DNA from: Candidatus Fervidifonticultor sextus | GTDB taxonomy: Bacteria; Sysuimicrobiota; Sysuimicrobiia; Sysuimicrobiales; Humicultoraceae | NCBI GenBank assembly: GCA_031459875.1 | Contig: JAVKHQ010000005.1 | Span: forward strand, 32,001-96,000 | Direction: 5' to 3' | DNA length: 64,000 bases | Shown here: piece by piece, positions 9,944 to 19,591 of the stretch | Layout of the letters: each line of letters opens with the position of its first letter | Numbering within the stretch: the stretch's first letter is position 1 | Translations under genes and position numbers: made by a program | The notes under the pieces: model-generated | The model's database searches: none | What the model was told of the DNA's origin: nothing | What the model saw: the letters and a program-made list of their open reading frames with translations, nothing else

Positions 9944-11454
9944 GAGTCCGCTGGGCGTTGTGGGTGCTCGTGGTCGGGCTCGTGCTGCCGGCCCTGCCGG
10001 CCGGCGCCGGCCCGGCCGGGACGACGTTCACCATCGGGGTGGACCAGGAGGTCGTGGGACTGGACCCCAACCTGGTCACCGCGTTCTCCTCGTTCCGCCG
10101 CATCGACTTCCTCTACAACAAGCTGGTCCGCTACAACGACCGGCTGGAGATCGAGCCCGACCTGGCCGAGTCCTGGGAGTTCCCCGACCCCCGCACCGCG
10201 ATCTTCCGGCTGCGGCGCGGGGTCAGGTTCCACAGCGGCGCCGAGATGACCGCCGACGACGTGAAGTTCACCCTGGAGCGGGTGCTGGATCCCGCAACCC
10301 GCTCGCCGGGCCGGTCGTTCATCGACGTGATCACCGCGGTCGATGCCGTCGACCGCTACACGGTCCGGGTGCGGATGCGCTTCCCGCTGGCCTCGCTGCT
10401 GTCCGGCCTGGCCTCGGCCAACCTCTCCATCGTCGAGCGGGCGGCGGTCCAGCAGCACGGCAACCTGCAGCGCACCGTGGCCGGCACAGGCCCCTACATG
10501 ATGGCCGAGTGGGTGCCGGACAACTTCATGCGACTGGTCCGCCACCCCAACTACTTCCGCCGCGGGCTCCCCAGGATCGACACGATCATCATCCGCGTCA
10601 TCCCCGACCAGGCCTCCCTGCTGGCCGGCGTGCGGACCCGCGCCCTGGACATGGCCACGATCAACCAGGGCCCGGTGATCACCCAGGCGAAGCGTGAGAC
10701 GGGCATCGTCGTGTTGCAGAAGGCCGGGATCAACCTCAGGATCTTCTCCTTCAACACCACCCGCCGGCCCTTCGATGACGCGCGGGTGCGCTACGCCTTC
10801 TCCTGGGCCATCGACCGCCAGGCAATCGTGAACACCGCGGAGTTCGGCTACGCCACGGTCTCCGGGCCCATTCCGGCCTCGACGCCGTGGGCCACGCCCG
10901 CCTCCAGGTTTCCCTCCTACACCCAGAACCTCGCCCGCGCCAGGCAACTGCTGGCCGAGGCCGGATACCCGCAGGGCTTCGCGACGCGCATCGTCACCTC
11001 GCCCACCTATGAGGGCGGCATCGCGGTGGCCCAGGTCATCCAGGAGCAGTTGCGGGCGATCGGCGTCACCGCCACGCTGGACACCATCGAGTGGGGCACC
11101 TACATCAACCGCTGGGTGGCCCGCGACTTCGACACCATGGTCGAGCTGCGCGGCGGCGACCCGGACCCCGACCGGTTCCTGTACCGGACCTTCCACAGTA
11201 CCGGCGCGGTCAACAACTTTCTGTTCAAGGACGCGGGCATCGATCGGCTGCTGGAGCGCGGCCGGGTCAACCTGGATGCCGACGCCCGCAAGCCGATCTA
11301 CGCGGAGCTGGAGCGCGCGCTGATCGAGGCCGCGCCGGCCCTGTTCCTCTACGTGCCGATGGAGACGCAGGTCCTCCAGGGCTACGTGCGGGGGTTCAGG
11401 CTCATCGGCAACGGCGCGCTGTACTATCTGGAGGAGGCGACGGTCGAGCGGTAG
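9940..11454 (+). CDS. ABC transporter substrate-binding protein, family 5 (Opp/Dpp)
   Basis: GTG 9940 after AAGGAGG; signal peptide, PDLAESW, GVRFHSG, GTGPY, PFDDARVR. Confidence 0.93.
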   Translation: MRVRWALWVLVVGLVLPALPAGAGPAGTTFTIGVDQEVVGLDPNLVTAFSSFRRIDFLYNKLVRYNDRLEIEPDLAESWEFPDPRTAIFRLRRGVRFHSGAEMTADDVKFTLERVLDPATRSPGRSFIDVITAVDAVDRYTVRVRMRFPLASLLSGLASANLSIVERAAVQQHGNLQRTVAGTGPYMMAEWVPDNFMRLVRHPNYFRRGLPRIDTIIIRVIPDQASLLAGVRTRALDMATINQGPVITQAKRETGIVVLQKAGINLRIFSFNTTRRPFDDARVRYAFSWAIDRQAIVNTAEFGYATVSGPIPASTPWATPASRFPSYTQNLARARQLLAEAGYPQGFATRIVTSPTYEGGIAVAQVIQEQLRAIGVTATLDTIEWGTYINRWVARDFDTMVELRGGDPDPDRFLYRTFHSTGAVNNFLFKDAGIDRLLERGRVNLDADARKPIYAELERALIEAAPALFLYVPMETQVLQGYVRGFRLIGNGALYYLEEATVER

Positions 11455-11523
11455 CGCCCTGCCCCCCCTACACCGTGCGGCCGGGGCCCAGGGAGCGCGG
11501 GACCCGGCTGCCGGACTTCGCCG

Positions 11524-12471
11524 ATGCAACGCTATCTGGCCGCGCGTCTGCTGGCACTGATCCCGGTGCTGCTGGGCATCCTCGTGGTCGTGTTCCTGCT
11601 GATCCGGCTGATCCCGGGGGACGCCATCCAGTTGTTCCTGGGCACGCAGGTGGAGATGACGCCCGAGCAGATGGCGGAACTCCGGCGCTTCTTCGGGGTG
11701 GATCGGCCCATCTGGGTCCAGTTCGCCGACTACCTGGGCCGGGTGCTGCGCGGCGATCTCGGCGTGTCGCTGAGGACCGCTCGACCGGTGCTGTCCGATA
11801 TCCTGCAGCGACTGCCCCTGTCCTTCCAGCTCGCCACGCTGAGCCTGGTGGTGGCCGTGGTGATCGCGATGCCGCTGGGTGTCCTCTCGGCCGTCACCCG
11901 CAATTCGGCGTTCGACGTCGTCGCGCGGATCGCCGGCCTGCTGGGGCTCTCTATCCCCAACTTCTGGTTGGGCGCCATGCTGATCCTCGTCTTCTCGCGC
12001 TACCTCCACGTTGCGTTGGGGCAGTATGTGCCGATCACGCAGGACCCCCTGGGCACGCTGCAGAGCCTCTACCTGCCCGCGCTGGCGCTGGGCACGGCGA
12101 TCGCGGCGATCCTGATGCGCTACGTCCGGTCGTCGCTGCTAGAGGTGCTGGGGCAGGAGTACATCCGCACCGCCCGCGGCAAGGGGCTGAGGGGCACGGC
12201 GGTGATGCTCCGCCACGCCCTGCCCAACGCCATGATCCCGGTGGTCACCGTCATCGGCTTCCAGATGGGCTACCTGCTGGGCGGCACGGTGGTGATCGAG
12301 GAGATCTTCGCCCTGCCCGGGATGGGCCGGCTGGCGCTGCAGGCCATCTTCCAGCGCGACTACCCGGTGGTGCAGGGCGTGGTGCTGGTCGTCGCCCTGC
12401 TGTTTGTGCTCACCAACCTCGTCGTGGACCTCCTCTATGCCTGGATCGACCCCCGCATCCGCTACGCCTGA
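11524..12471 (+). CDS. ABC transporter permease (DppB/OppB)
   Basis: IPGD, GDLGVS, EYIRTARGKG, RDYPVVQG, DPRIR. Confidence 0.94.
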   Translation: MQRYLAARLLALIPVLLGILVVVFLLIRLIPGDAIQLFLGTQVEMTPEQMAELRRFFGVDRPIWVQFADYLGRVLRGDLGVSLRTARPVLSDILQRLPLSFQLATLSLVVAVVIAMPLGVLSAVTRNSAFDVVARIAGLLGLSIPNFWLGAMLILVFSRYLHVALGQYVPITQDPLGTLQSLYLPALALGTAIAAILMRYVRSSLLEVLGQEYIRTARGKGLRGTAVMLRHALPNAMIPVVTVIGFQMGYLLGGTVVIEEIFALPGMGRLALQAIFQRDYPVVQGVVLVVALLFVLTNLVVDLLYAWIDPRIRYA

Positions 12472-12472
12472 G

Positions 12473-13342
12473 ATGGCGGCCACGCCGCCGGCCGAGGCGC
12501 CCCGCCTGCGCACGTGGCGGTGGTGGGCTCGCCGGTTCGTGCGCAACCGCGTGGCGCCCATCGGCCTGGTCATCGTCGCCGCGAGCATCGCGGTGGCGCT
12601 GCTGGCGCCGGCCATCGCGCCCCGGGACGTCCGCGCCATGTCGCCGCCCGATGCCCTCTCGCCGCCGGGGCGGCTCTTCTGGTTCGGCACCGACGAGTTC
12701 GGCCGCGACGTATTCAGCCGCGTCCTGGTCGGCTCCCGGATCTCCCTGGTGGTCGCGTGCCTCTCGGTGCTCACGGCCCTGGCCATGGGCACGACGGTCG
12801 GCCTGACCGCGGGGTTCTACGGCGGGTGGTGGGATGCGGTGTCGATGCGGGCGATGGACGTCATCTTCGCCTTCCCGGCGATCCTGCTGGCCATTGCCAT
12901 CATGGCGGTCCTGGGCACGAGCCTCTTTAACCTGGTCATCGCCATCGGGATCGTCTACACGCCGCAGTTCGCCCGGGTCGCGCGGGCTGCGGCGCTGACG
13001 GTGCGGGCCCTGGAGTTCGTGGACGCCGCCCGCGCGCTGGGTCTGAGCAACGTGCGCATCATCGCCCGTCACGTCATTCCCAACGTCCTCGCGCCGATCA
13101 CCGTGCAGATCTCCCTCAGCCTCTCGCTGGCGATCCTTTCGGAGTCGGCGCTGTCCTTCCTGGGCTTGGGCACGCAGCCGCCGACCCCCTCGTGGGGGAA
13201 CATGCTGAGCGAGGGCCGGCAGTTCCTCGAACTCGCCCCCTGGAACGCGGTGTTCCCCGGGCTGGCCATCATGGTGGTCGTGCTGGGGTTCAACCTGCTG
13301 GGCGACGGCCTGCGCGATCTGCTCGACCCGAGGCTCCGGTGA
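12473..13342 (+). CDS. ABC transporter permease (DppC/OppC)
   Basis: FGTDEFGRDVFSR, EFVDAARALG, SFLGLG, PSWGNML, GDGLRDLLDPR. Confidence 0.94.
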   Translation: MAATPPAEAPRLRTWRWWARRFVRNRVAPIGLVIVAASIAVALLAPAIAPRDVRAMSPPDALSPPGRLFWFGTDEFGRDVFSRVLVGSRISLVVACLSVLTALAMGTTVGLTAGFYGGWWDAVSMRAMDVIFAFPAILLAIAIMAVLGTSLFNLVIAIGIVYTPQFARVARAAALTVRALEFVDAARALGLSNVRIIARHVIPNVLAPITVQISLSLSLAILSESALSFLGLGTQPPTPSWGNMLSEGRQFLELAPWNAVFPGLAIMVVVLGFNLLGDGLRDLLDPRLR

Positions 13343-14550
13343 CAGCCTCCGACCGTCCGGGTCCTGCGTCGCGGGCCGGGGGGGCGGCCCGCCGCGTGCG
13401 GGAAGCGGTGCGGGCGCATCTGCGCGAGGGGGTGGCGCAGGGCGTCTTCCCGGGCGCGGTCGCCGCCGTGATCTGGAGAGGGGCCACGCTGGCGCTGGAG
13501 GCGCATGGCTTCGCCCAGGTGGTGCCGTACTGCCGGGCGATGACCCCGCAGACGATCTTCGACCTCGCCAGCGTCACCAAGCCGGTCGTCACCACCACGG
13601 CCGTCCTCCAGTTGTGGGAGCGCGGGATCCTCGACGTGGACGCGCCGGTCTGCCGCTACCTGCCAGGGTTCGCCGACGGCGGGAAGGAGCGGGTCACCGT
13701 GCGGCACCTGCTGGCCCACACCTCGGGCCTGCCGGCGTGGGAGATGCTCTATCTTCCGGCCCCCTCCGCGCTTTGCGGCGGGAGCGGCGCGCGAGCCCGG
13801 GCATGCCGTTCCATCGACGAGGCGGTGGCGCGCATCTGTGCGACGCCGGCCGCCGCATCCCCGGGTGTGTCGGTGAACTACAGCGATCTCGGCTTCATCG
13901 TGCTGGGCCATCTCGTCCAGCGCGCCAGCGGCGAGGACCTGGAGGCCTACGCCCGGCGCCACATCTTCGGTCCCCTGGGTATGCGTTGGACCCGCTTCGT
14001 CCCGCCGGCCGGGTGGCGGTCGCGGTGCGCCGCCACCGAGATGGGCAACGCTTATGAACGGGAGAAGGCCGCGGCGCTGGGGCTGGGCCGGCGATTCCCC
14101 TGGCGCACCTACCTCCTCCGCGGGGAGGTCCACGACGGCAACGCCTGGTACCTGGGACGCGGCGTGGCCGGGCACGCCGGGCTGTTCGGCACGGCCGCCG
14201 ACCTGGGGCGCTTCGGAATGGCGATGCTCCGGGGGGGATCACTGGACGGCGTGCGGATCCTGGGGCGCAGGACGGTCCGGGAGGCCACGTGCACCCAGAC
14301 GCCGCACACCGCCGGGCCCCCCCGCGGGCTCGGGTGGGCGCTGGCGGGCGCGCCGTTTGCGGGATCCCGCGCGTCCCCCTCGGCGTTCGGGCACACGGGG
14401 TTTGTCGGCACGTCGGTGCTGGTCGACCCCGATCGCGACCTGGTCGTCGTGCTGCTCACCAACCGGGTCCACCCCTCGGCGTCGAATGAGGCCATCCAGG
14501 GCTTCAGAGCGACCTTCCACGACGCGGTGATCGGGGCGCTCGATGCCTGA
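13339..14550 (+). CDS. Beta-lactamase-family serine hydrolase (AmiE-like, probable muropeptide amidase)
   Basis: SVTK (SxxK), LLAHTSG, YSD, GEVHDGNA, GHAGLF, GHTGF; located in the murQ operon. Confidence 0.85.
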   Translation: MTASDRPGPASRAGGAARRVREAVRAHLREGVAQGVFPGAVAAVIWRGATLALEAHGFAQVVPYCRAMTPQTIFDLASVTKPVVTTTAVLQLWERGILDVDAPVCRYLPGFADGGKERVTVRHLLAHTSGLPAWEMLYLPAPSALCGGSGARARACRSIDEAVARICATPAAASPGVSVNYSDLGFIVLGHLVQRASGEDLEAYARRHIFGPLGMRWTRFVPPAGWRSRCAATEMGNAYEREKAAALGLGRRFPWRTYLLRGEVHDGNAWYLGRGVAGHAGLFGTAADLGRFGMAMLRGGSLDGVRILGRRTVREATCTQTPHTAGPPRGLGWALAGAPFAGSRASPSAFGHTGFVGTSVLVDPDRDLVVVLLTNRVHPSASNEAIQGFRATFHDAVIGALDA

Positions 14551-15517
14551 AGCCCTCATCGCCGGGGTGGACGGCGGCGCGTCCAAGACCCGCGCGGCGG
14601 TCCTCAGCGCCGGCGGGAAGGTGCTGGCCACCTCCACGGTGCCCTCGGCCAGCGCCTACCACCGCGAGGCCGAAGAGGCGGCCGAAATCGTCGTCGCATC
14701 CGTCCGGGAGGCGATGGCGGCGGCCGGGATCGGCGGGCCGCTGGCGGCGCTGGGCGCGGGGCTGGCGGGGGCCGACGACCCCGCGATCCGCGCGCGGCTG
14801 GAACGCACGCTCGCCGGCGCCGGGCTGGCGGCCAGCGTGCTGGTCGATCACGACGCCGCCGCAGCACTGGCCGGCGGCACGGCGCTGGAACCGGGGATCG
14901 TTGTGGTCGCGGGGACCGGATCCATCGCCTTCGGCGTGGATGCGGAAGGTCGGCGGGCCCGCGCCGGCGGGTGGGGACCGCTGCTGGACGACGAGGGGAG
15001 CGGCTACGCGATCGGCCGGGCGGTGTTGCGCGCGGCGATGCGGGCGTTCGACGGCCGCAGCGAGACCACCGCGCTGGCCGAGTCCGTGCGCCAGCATTTC
15101 GGGCTCGGGTCCCTGGCCGGGCTGAAGATGGCAGTGCGTGGCCTGGGGATCGACGAGGTGGCCGCGATCGCACCGCTGGCTGTGGATGCGGCCCAAAGCG
15201 GCGACGCCGTGGCGAATCGGATCCTGCAGCGTGCCGGCCGGCACCTCGCCGCGATGGTGGCGGCGGTGGCGGCGCAACTCGGCTGGCGGGAAGTGCCGTT
15301 TCCGCTGGTGGCAGCCGGCGGGGCCTTCGAAGCCGGCGCCCTGATTCTCCACCCGCTGGCCCAGGCCCTGGAGGCGGCGGGTTACCGGGCGGGCCTGCAG
15401 CCCGCCCGCTTTCCCCCTGAGGTCGGGGCCGCACTCCTGGCGGCACGGGCGGCAGGGCTCGATGCGGCCGGATTGATCCGCGCGCTGGCGCGCGAGGGGG
15501 GCGGACGGGGCCCATGA
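14543..15517 (+). CDS. BadF/BadG/BcrA/BcrD family sugar kinase (GlcNAc/MurNAc kinase-like)
   Basis: GVDGGASKT, AGTGSIA, GGWGPLLDDEGSGY. Confidence 0.86.
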   Translation: MPEALIAGVDGGASKTRAAVLSAGGKVLATSTVPSASAYHREAEEAAEIVVASVREAMAAAGIGGPLAALGAGLAGADDPAIRARLERTLAGAGLAASVLVDHDAAAALAGGTALEPGIVVVAGTGSIAFGVDAEGRRARAGGWGPLLDDEGSGYAIGRAVLRAAMRAFDGRSETTALAESVRQHFGLGSLAGLKMAVRGLGIDEVAAIAPLAVDAAQSGDAVANRILQRAGRHLAAMVAAVAAQLGWREVPFPLVAAGGAFEAGALILHPLAQALEAAGYRAGLQPARFPPEVGAALLAARAAGLDAAGLIRALAREGGGRGP

Positions 15518-15542
15518 GGCGGCCCAATCGCAAGGGGCGGGA

Positions 15543-16496
15543 GTGGTGAGTGTGGTGCATTCCGAAGGAGACTCCTCTCCGGTCGACTACGCCGTGCTGG
15601 GGACGGAGCAGCGCAATCCACGGTCGCGGGAACTCGACCGGCTCTCTACGGAAGAGATCCTGCGATTGATCAACGAGGAAGACCGCCGCGTGCCCGAGGC
15701 TGTGGCCGCCGAGATCCCCAACATCGCGCGGGCGGTGGACCAGGTGGTCCGGGCGCTAAGGGCCGGCGGCCGCGTCATCTATGTCGGCGCCGGGACCAGC
15801 GGGCGGGTCGGCCTCCTCGACGCCCTGGAGTGGCCCCCCACCTTCGGGGTGGATCCGGAGGTGATCCGGGCTGTCGTCGCCGGCGGTGCGTCGGCAGCCA
15901 TCGAGGCCGCCTCGCCGTTCGAAGACGACCCCGCGGCAGGCGCCGCGGAGATCGCCGGGCTGGGGGCGGGCCCGAGGGACGTGGTCGTGGGGATCGCCGC
16001 CAGCGGCGTGACCCCCTTCGTGATGGGTGCCGTCCAGGAAGCCCGGCGCCGCGGGTGCGCCATCGTCGGCCTCAGCAACGTCCCGGGCTCTCCGCTGGCA
16101 GCGGCGGCCGATGTGGCCATCACCCCCGTCGTGGGCCCGGAGGTCCTCACAGGCTCCACGCGGATGAAGGCCGGGACCTCCCAGAAACTCGTCCTCAACA
16201 TGCTGAGCACCGCGGCCATGGTGCGGCTGGGCAAGGTCTACAGCAACCTCATGGTGGACCTCTCGCCCAGCAACCGGAAACTGGCGGCCCGGGCGCAGCG
16301 CATCGTCGCCGAGGCCACCGGCCTGGACCTGGAGACCAGCAGCCGGCTGCTGGAGCAGTCCGGGGGACGGGCGAAGGTGGCCATTGTCATGGGACTGGCC
16401 GGCGTCGGCCGGGAGGAGGCCGAGCGGCTGCTGGCTCGCTGTGGCGGGCTCGTGCGCGAGGCGGTGCAGCAGGGGCGCGATGCGGGCCGTCGCTGA
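15543..16496 (+). CDS. murQ: N-acetylmuramic acid 6-phosphate etherase
   Basis: TEQRNP, YVGAGTSGR, GPEVLTGSTRMKAGTSQKLVLNMLST; start uncertain. Confidence 0.95.
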   Translation: MVSVVHSEGDSSPVDYAVLGTEQRNPRSRELDRLSTEEILRLINEEDRRVPEAVAAEIPNIARAVDQVVRALRAGGRVIYVGAGTSGRVGLLDALEWPPTFGVDPEVIRAVVAGGASAAIEAASPFEDDPAAGAAEIAGLGAGPRDVVVGIAASGVTPFVMGAVQEARRRGCAIVGLSNVPGSPLAAAADVAITPVVGPEVLTGSTRMKAGTSQKLVLNMLSTAAMVRLGKVYSNLMVDLSPSNRKLAARAQRIVAEATGLDLETSSRLLEQSGGRAKVAIVMGLAGVGREEAERLLARCGGLVREAVQQGRDAGRR

Positions 16497-17673
16497 TCTC
16501 GCCCGGCGCGATCCCAAGCGCGTCATCGGCCTGATCGCGGGAACCTCGGGCGACGGCGTAGACGCGGCCCTGGTCGAGGTGGCCGGCGCCGGGCTGCAGG
16601 CGCGCGTGCGGCTGGTCGCCGGGCTCACGCTGCCGTTCCCCCCTGACGACCGCGATGAACTCTTCCGGCTGTTCGATCCCGCCGCGGCCACCGTGGACCG
16701 GCTGTGCCGGTTCGACTTCAGGCTGGGCGAGCTCTTTGCCCAGGCGGCGCTGGCCGTGATGGCCCAATCCGGCCTGACCCCTCCGGAGGTGGACCTCATC
16801 GGATCGGCCGGACAGACGGTCTGGCACATCCCGGCCCCGCAGGGCGCGACGCTGCAGATCGGCGAGCCCGCGGTCATCGCCGAGCGGACCGGCCTGCCCG
16901 TCGTGGCGGATTTCCGGGTCGCCGACGTCGCCGCCGGCGGCCACGGCGCGCCGCTGGTCCCGTACTTCGACCTCGTCGTCTTCCGCCATCCCGCGCGGTC
17001 GCGCGCCGTCCAGAACATCGGCGGCATCGGCAACGTGACCTACCTGCCGGCCCGTCCGCCCGACGGGTGCGCCATCGACGACGTGCTCGCCTTCGACACC
17101 GGGCCCGGCACCATGGTCATCGACGCGGTCATCTCGGCGCTCACCGATGGGCGGGAGCGCTTCGACCGGGACGGCGCATTGGCCGGGGCCGGCCGCGTGG
17201 ACGAGGCCTGGCTGGCCGACCTGCTGGATGACCCGTTCTTCCGCCAGGCGCCGCCCAAAACGACGGGCCGGGAGGTCTACGGGCAGGCCTTTGCGGCCCG
17301 CCTGCTGGAGGAGGGGATCCGGCGCCGCCTGATGCCGGAAGACATCGTCGCGACCGTCTCGGCGCTGACGGCCGACTCCATCGTGCGCGCCTACCGCGAC
17401 TTCCTGTGGCCGCGGGGCGCGCCGGACGAGGTCGTGCTGTCCGGCGGCGGCGCCTACAACCGCTTCCTGCGCGAGCGGATCGCCCGGGGCGTGGGCGCGC
17501 CGGTGCGGCTCGCCGAGGAGTTCGGCGTGGACGGGAAACTCAAGGAGGCCATGGCGTTCGCCCTATTGGCCTCGGACGCGGTCGCGGGCCTGGCGACCAA
17601 CGTGCCCCAAGCTACGGGGGCGTCGGGGCCGCGGGTGTTGGGCAAGTTCGTGCCGGGACCGCGCATGGTATAG
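16480..17673 (+). CDS. anmK: Anhydro-N-acetylmuramic acid kinase
   Basis: GTSGDGVDAAL, GQTVWH, DFRVADVAAGGHGAPLVP, NIGGIGN, FDTGPG, PPKTTGRE, KEAMAFA. Confidence 0.95.
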   Translation: MRAVADLARRDPKRVIGLIAGTSGDGVDAALVEVAGAGLQARVRLVAGLTLPFPPDDRDELFRLFDPAAATVDRLCRFDFRLGELFAQAALAVMAQSGLTPPEVDLIGSAGQTVWHIPAPQGATLQIGEPAVIAERTGLPVVADFRVADVAAGGHGAPLVPYFDLVVFRHPARSRAVQNIGGIGNVTYLPARPPDGCAIDDVLAFDTGPGTMVIDAVISALTDGRERFDRDGALAGAGRVDEAWLADLLDDPFFRQAPPKTTGREVYGQAFAARLLEEGIRRRLMPEDIVATVSALTADSIVRAYRDFLWPRGAPDEVVLSGGGAYNRFLRERIARGVGAPVRLAEEFGVDGKLKEAMAFALLASDAVAGLATNVPQATGASGPRVLGKFVPGPRMV

Positions 17674-17674
17674 T
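17666..17674 (+). promoter_or_regulatory. Extended -10 element (TGGTATAGT) 6 nt before the argS ATG
   Basis: TGn-TATAGT overlapping the anmK stop; no SD before ATG 17681. Confidence 0.6.
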
Positions 17675-17680
17675 AAGCCG

Positions 17681-19342
17681 ATGTTCCGAGAGGTGCTCCG
17701 CCGCCAGATCCGGGACGCCATCGTCCGCGCCATGGCGTCGGGGACGCTCGTCCCCGGGGACGTGCCGGAGGTGGACGTCGAGGTCCCCCGGGACCGGCGC
17801 TTCGGCGACTACGCCACCAACGCCGCCATGGTGCTGGCCAGGGGCACCGGACGGTCCCCCCGCGAGGTCGCCCGGGCGCTGATCGAGGCCTGGGCGCCGT
17901 CCTCTGACCGCATCGGCCGCCTGGAGGTGGCCGGACCGGGCTTCATCAACATCACCCTGGCGTGGCCCTGGCGCCAAGACCTGGTCGCGTCGATCCGCCG
18001 GCTCGGCGATGCCTACGGCCTCCAGACCGTAGGCGCCGGCCGGCGCGTCAACGTCGAGTTCGTCAGCGCCAACCCCACGGGCCCGCTCCACGTCGGCGCC
18101 GGCCGCAACGCCGTCATCGGCGACGTGGTGGCCAACCTGCTTGCGGCGCTGGGCTACGCCACCTCGCGCGAGTACTACATCAACGACGCCGGACAGCAGG
18201 TGTTGAACCTGGCGCGCTCCGTGGAGGCCCACTACTTCGCGCTCTTCAACCAGCCCAGGCCCTTCCCCGACGACGGCTACCGCGGCCAGTACGTGGCGGA
18301 CCTGGCCCGGACGATCGCCGCGGCCGATGGGGACCGGTGGCTTCGGGCCTCCGAGGAAGACCGGCTCGAGCACTTCCGCGACGTCAGCGTCGCGACCATC
18401 CTGGCCGACATCCGGGAGGTGCTCGAGCGCTTTGGGGTTCGGTTCGACGTCTGGTTCAGCGAGCGGAGCCTGATTCGCTCAGGCGCCGTGGACCGGGTCC
18501 TGGCCGACCTGCAGGCGCGCGGCTATGTCTACGAGGCCGACGGCAAGCTCTGGTTTCGCTCCACGGCGTTCGGCGATGACAAGGACCGGGTCATCGTCAA
18601 GCCCTCCGGCGAGTGGACGTATTTCGGGAGCGACATCGCCTACCACCTGGACAAGCGGGCCCGCGGCGCCGACCTGATGATCAATGTCTGGGCCATCGAC
18701 CACATCGGGGATGTCGCCCGCGTGAAGGGCGGGCTCGCAGCCCTCGGGGTCCCGGAAGACGCGCTGGAGATCATCATCTACCAGCACGTCCGGCTGAAGA
18801 ACGAGGGCGAGGCGCTGCGGATGTCCAAGCGCGCGGGAGAGTTCGTGACCCTGCGCGACCTCATCGACGCGGTGGGGGTGGACGCCGCGCGGTACTTCTT
18901 CGCCATGGTCTCCCCGTCGGTGCCCATGGACTTCGACGTCGCGCTGGCCCTGCGGCCCTCGCCGGACAACCCGGTCTACTACGTGCAGTACGCCCACGCC
19001 CGCATCGCCGGCATCCTGCGCGAGGCGGCCGCCGCCGGCCGTCAGGCCGGGGAGGCGCCGCCGCTCCATCGCCTGGAGCACGACCGCGAAGCGGCCCTGA
19101 TCCACACGCTGGCGGAGCTGCCCGAGGTGATCCGGACCGCCGGCCTGCGCCGCGAGCCCCACCGGCTGTGCGCGTTCGCCCGGGAGGTCGCCGAGGCCTT
19201 CCACCTGTTCTACACCCACTGCCGGGTCCTCACCGACGATGCGGAGCTGTCGGCCGCCCGCCTGGCCCTGGTCGAGGCGACCCGGGTCGTGCTCCGGCGC
19301 CTCCTGGGCCTGCTGGGGGTCTCGGCGCCGGAACGGATGTAG
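17681..19342 (+). CDS. argS: Arginine--tRNA ligase
   Basis: GDYATN, GPGFIN, VEFVSANPTGPLHVG, MSKRAG, YYVQYAHAR, GVSAPERM. Confidence 0.97.
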   Translation: MFREVLRRQIRDAIVRAMASGTLVPGDVPEVDVEVPRDRRFGDYATNAAMVLARGTGRSPREVARALIEAWAPSSDRIGRLEVAGPGFINITLAWPWRQDLVASIRRLGDAYGLQTVGAGRRVNVEFVSANPTGPLHVGAGRNAVIGDVVANLLAALGYATSREYYINDAGQQVLNLARSVEAHYFALFNQPRPFPDDGYRGQYVADLARTIAAADGDRWLRASEEDRLEHFRDVSVATILADIREVLERFGVRFDVWFSERSLIRSGAVDRVLADLQARGYVYEADGKLWFRSTAFGDDKDRVIVKPSGEWTYFGSDIAYHLDKRARGADLMINVWAIDHIGDVARVKGGLAALGVPEDALEIIIYQHVRLKNEGEALRMSKRAGEFVTLRDLIDAVGVDAARYFFAMVSPSVPMDFDVALALRPSPDNPVYYVQYAHARIAGILREAAAAGRQAGEAPPLHRLEHDREAALIHTLAELPEVIRTAGLRREPHRLCAFAREVAEAFHLFYTHCRVLTDDAELSAARLALVEATRVVLRRLLGLLGVSAPERM

Positions 19343-19591
19343 GCCTGCCCGCGCCGCCCCGCGGCCGAGGCTACTTGCACGGTCCGGCGTGGTATGCTAG
19401 GAATATCTGGGGGCAGTGTCGCCGGCGACTGGTGTGTGGTCGCCACCCGTCGTCACCATTCTCCGACCAGGTTTCAATCCAGGACTTCCGGGGTCGAATC
19501 CCAGACAGTCCATGCTCCACAGCGACAGGTCAGACGAGACGGGTAGACGGCCAGGAACCGCCGCGGCCCCGGCGGGGGAGGCAGGGCATTC

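Noticed and set aside
13339..14550. Beta-lactam resistance gene
   Set aside because: The murQ/anmK context and lack of a signal peptide favour a recycling amidase/esterase.
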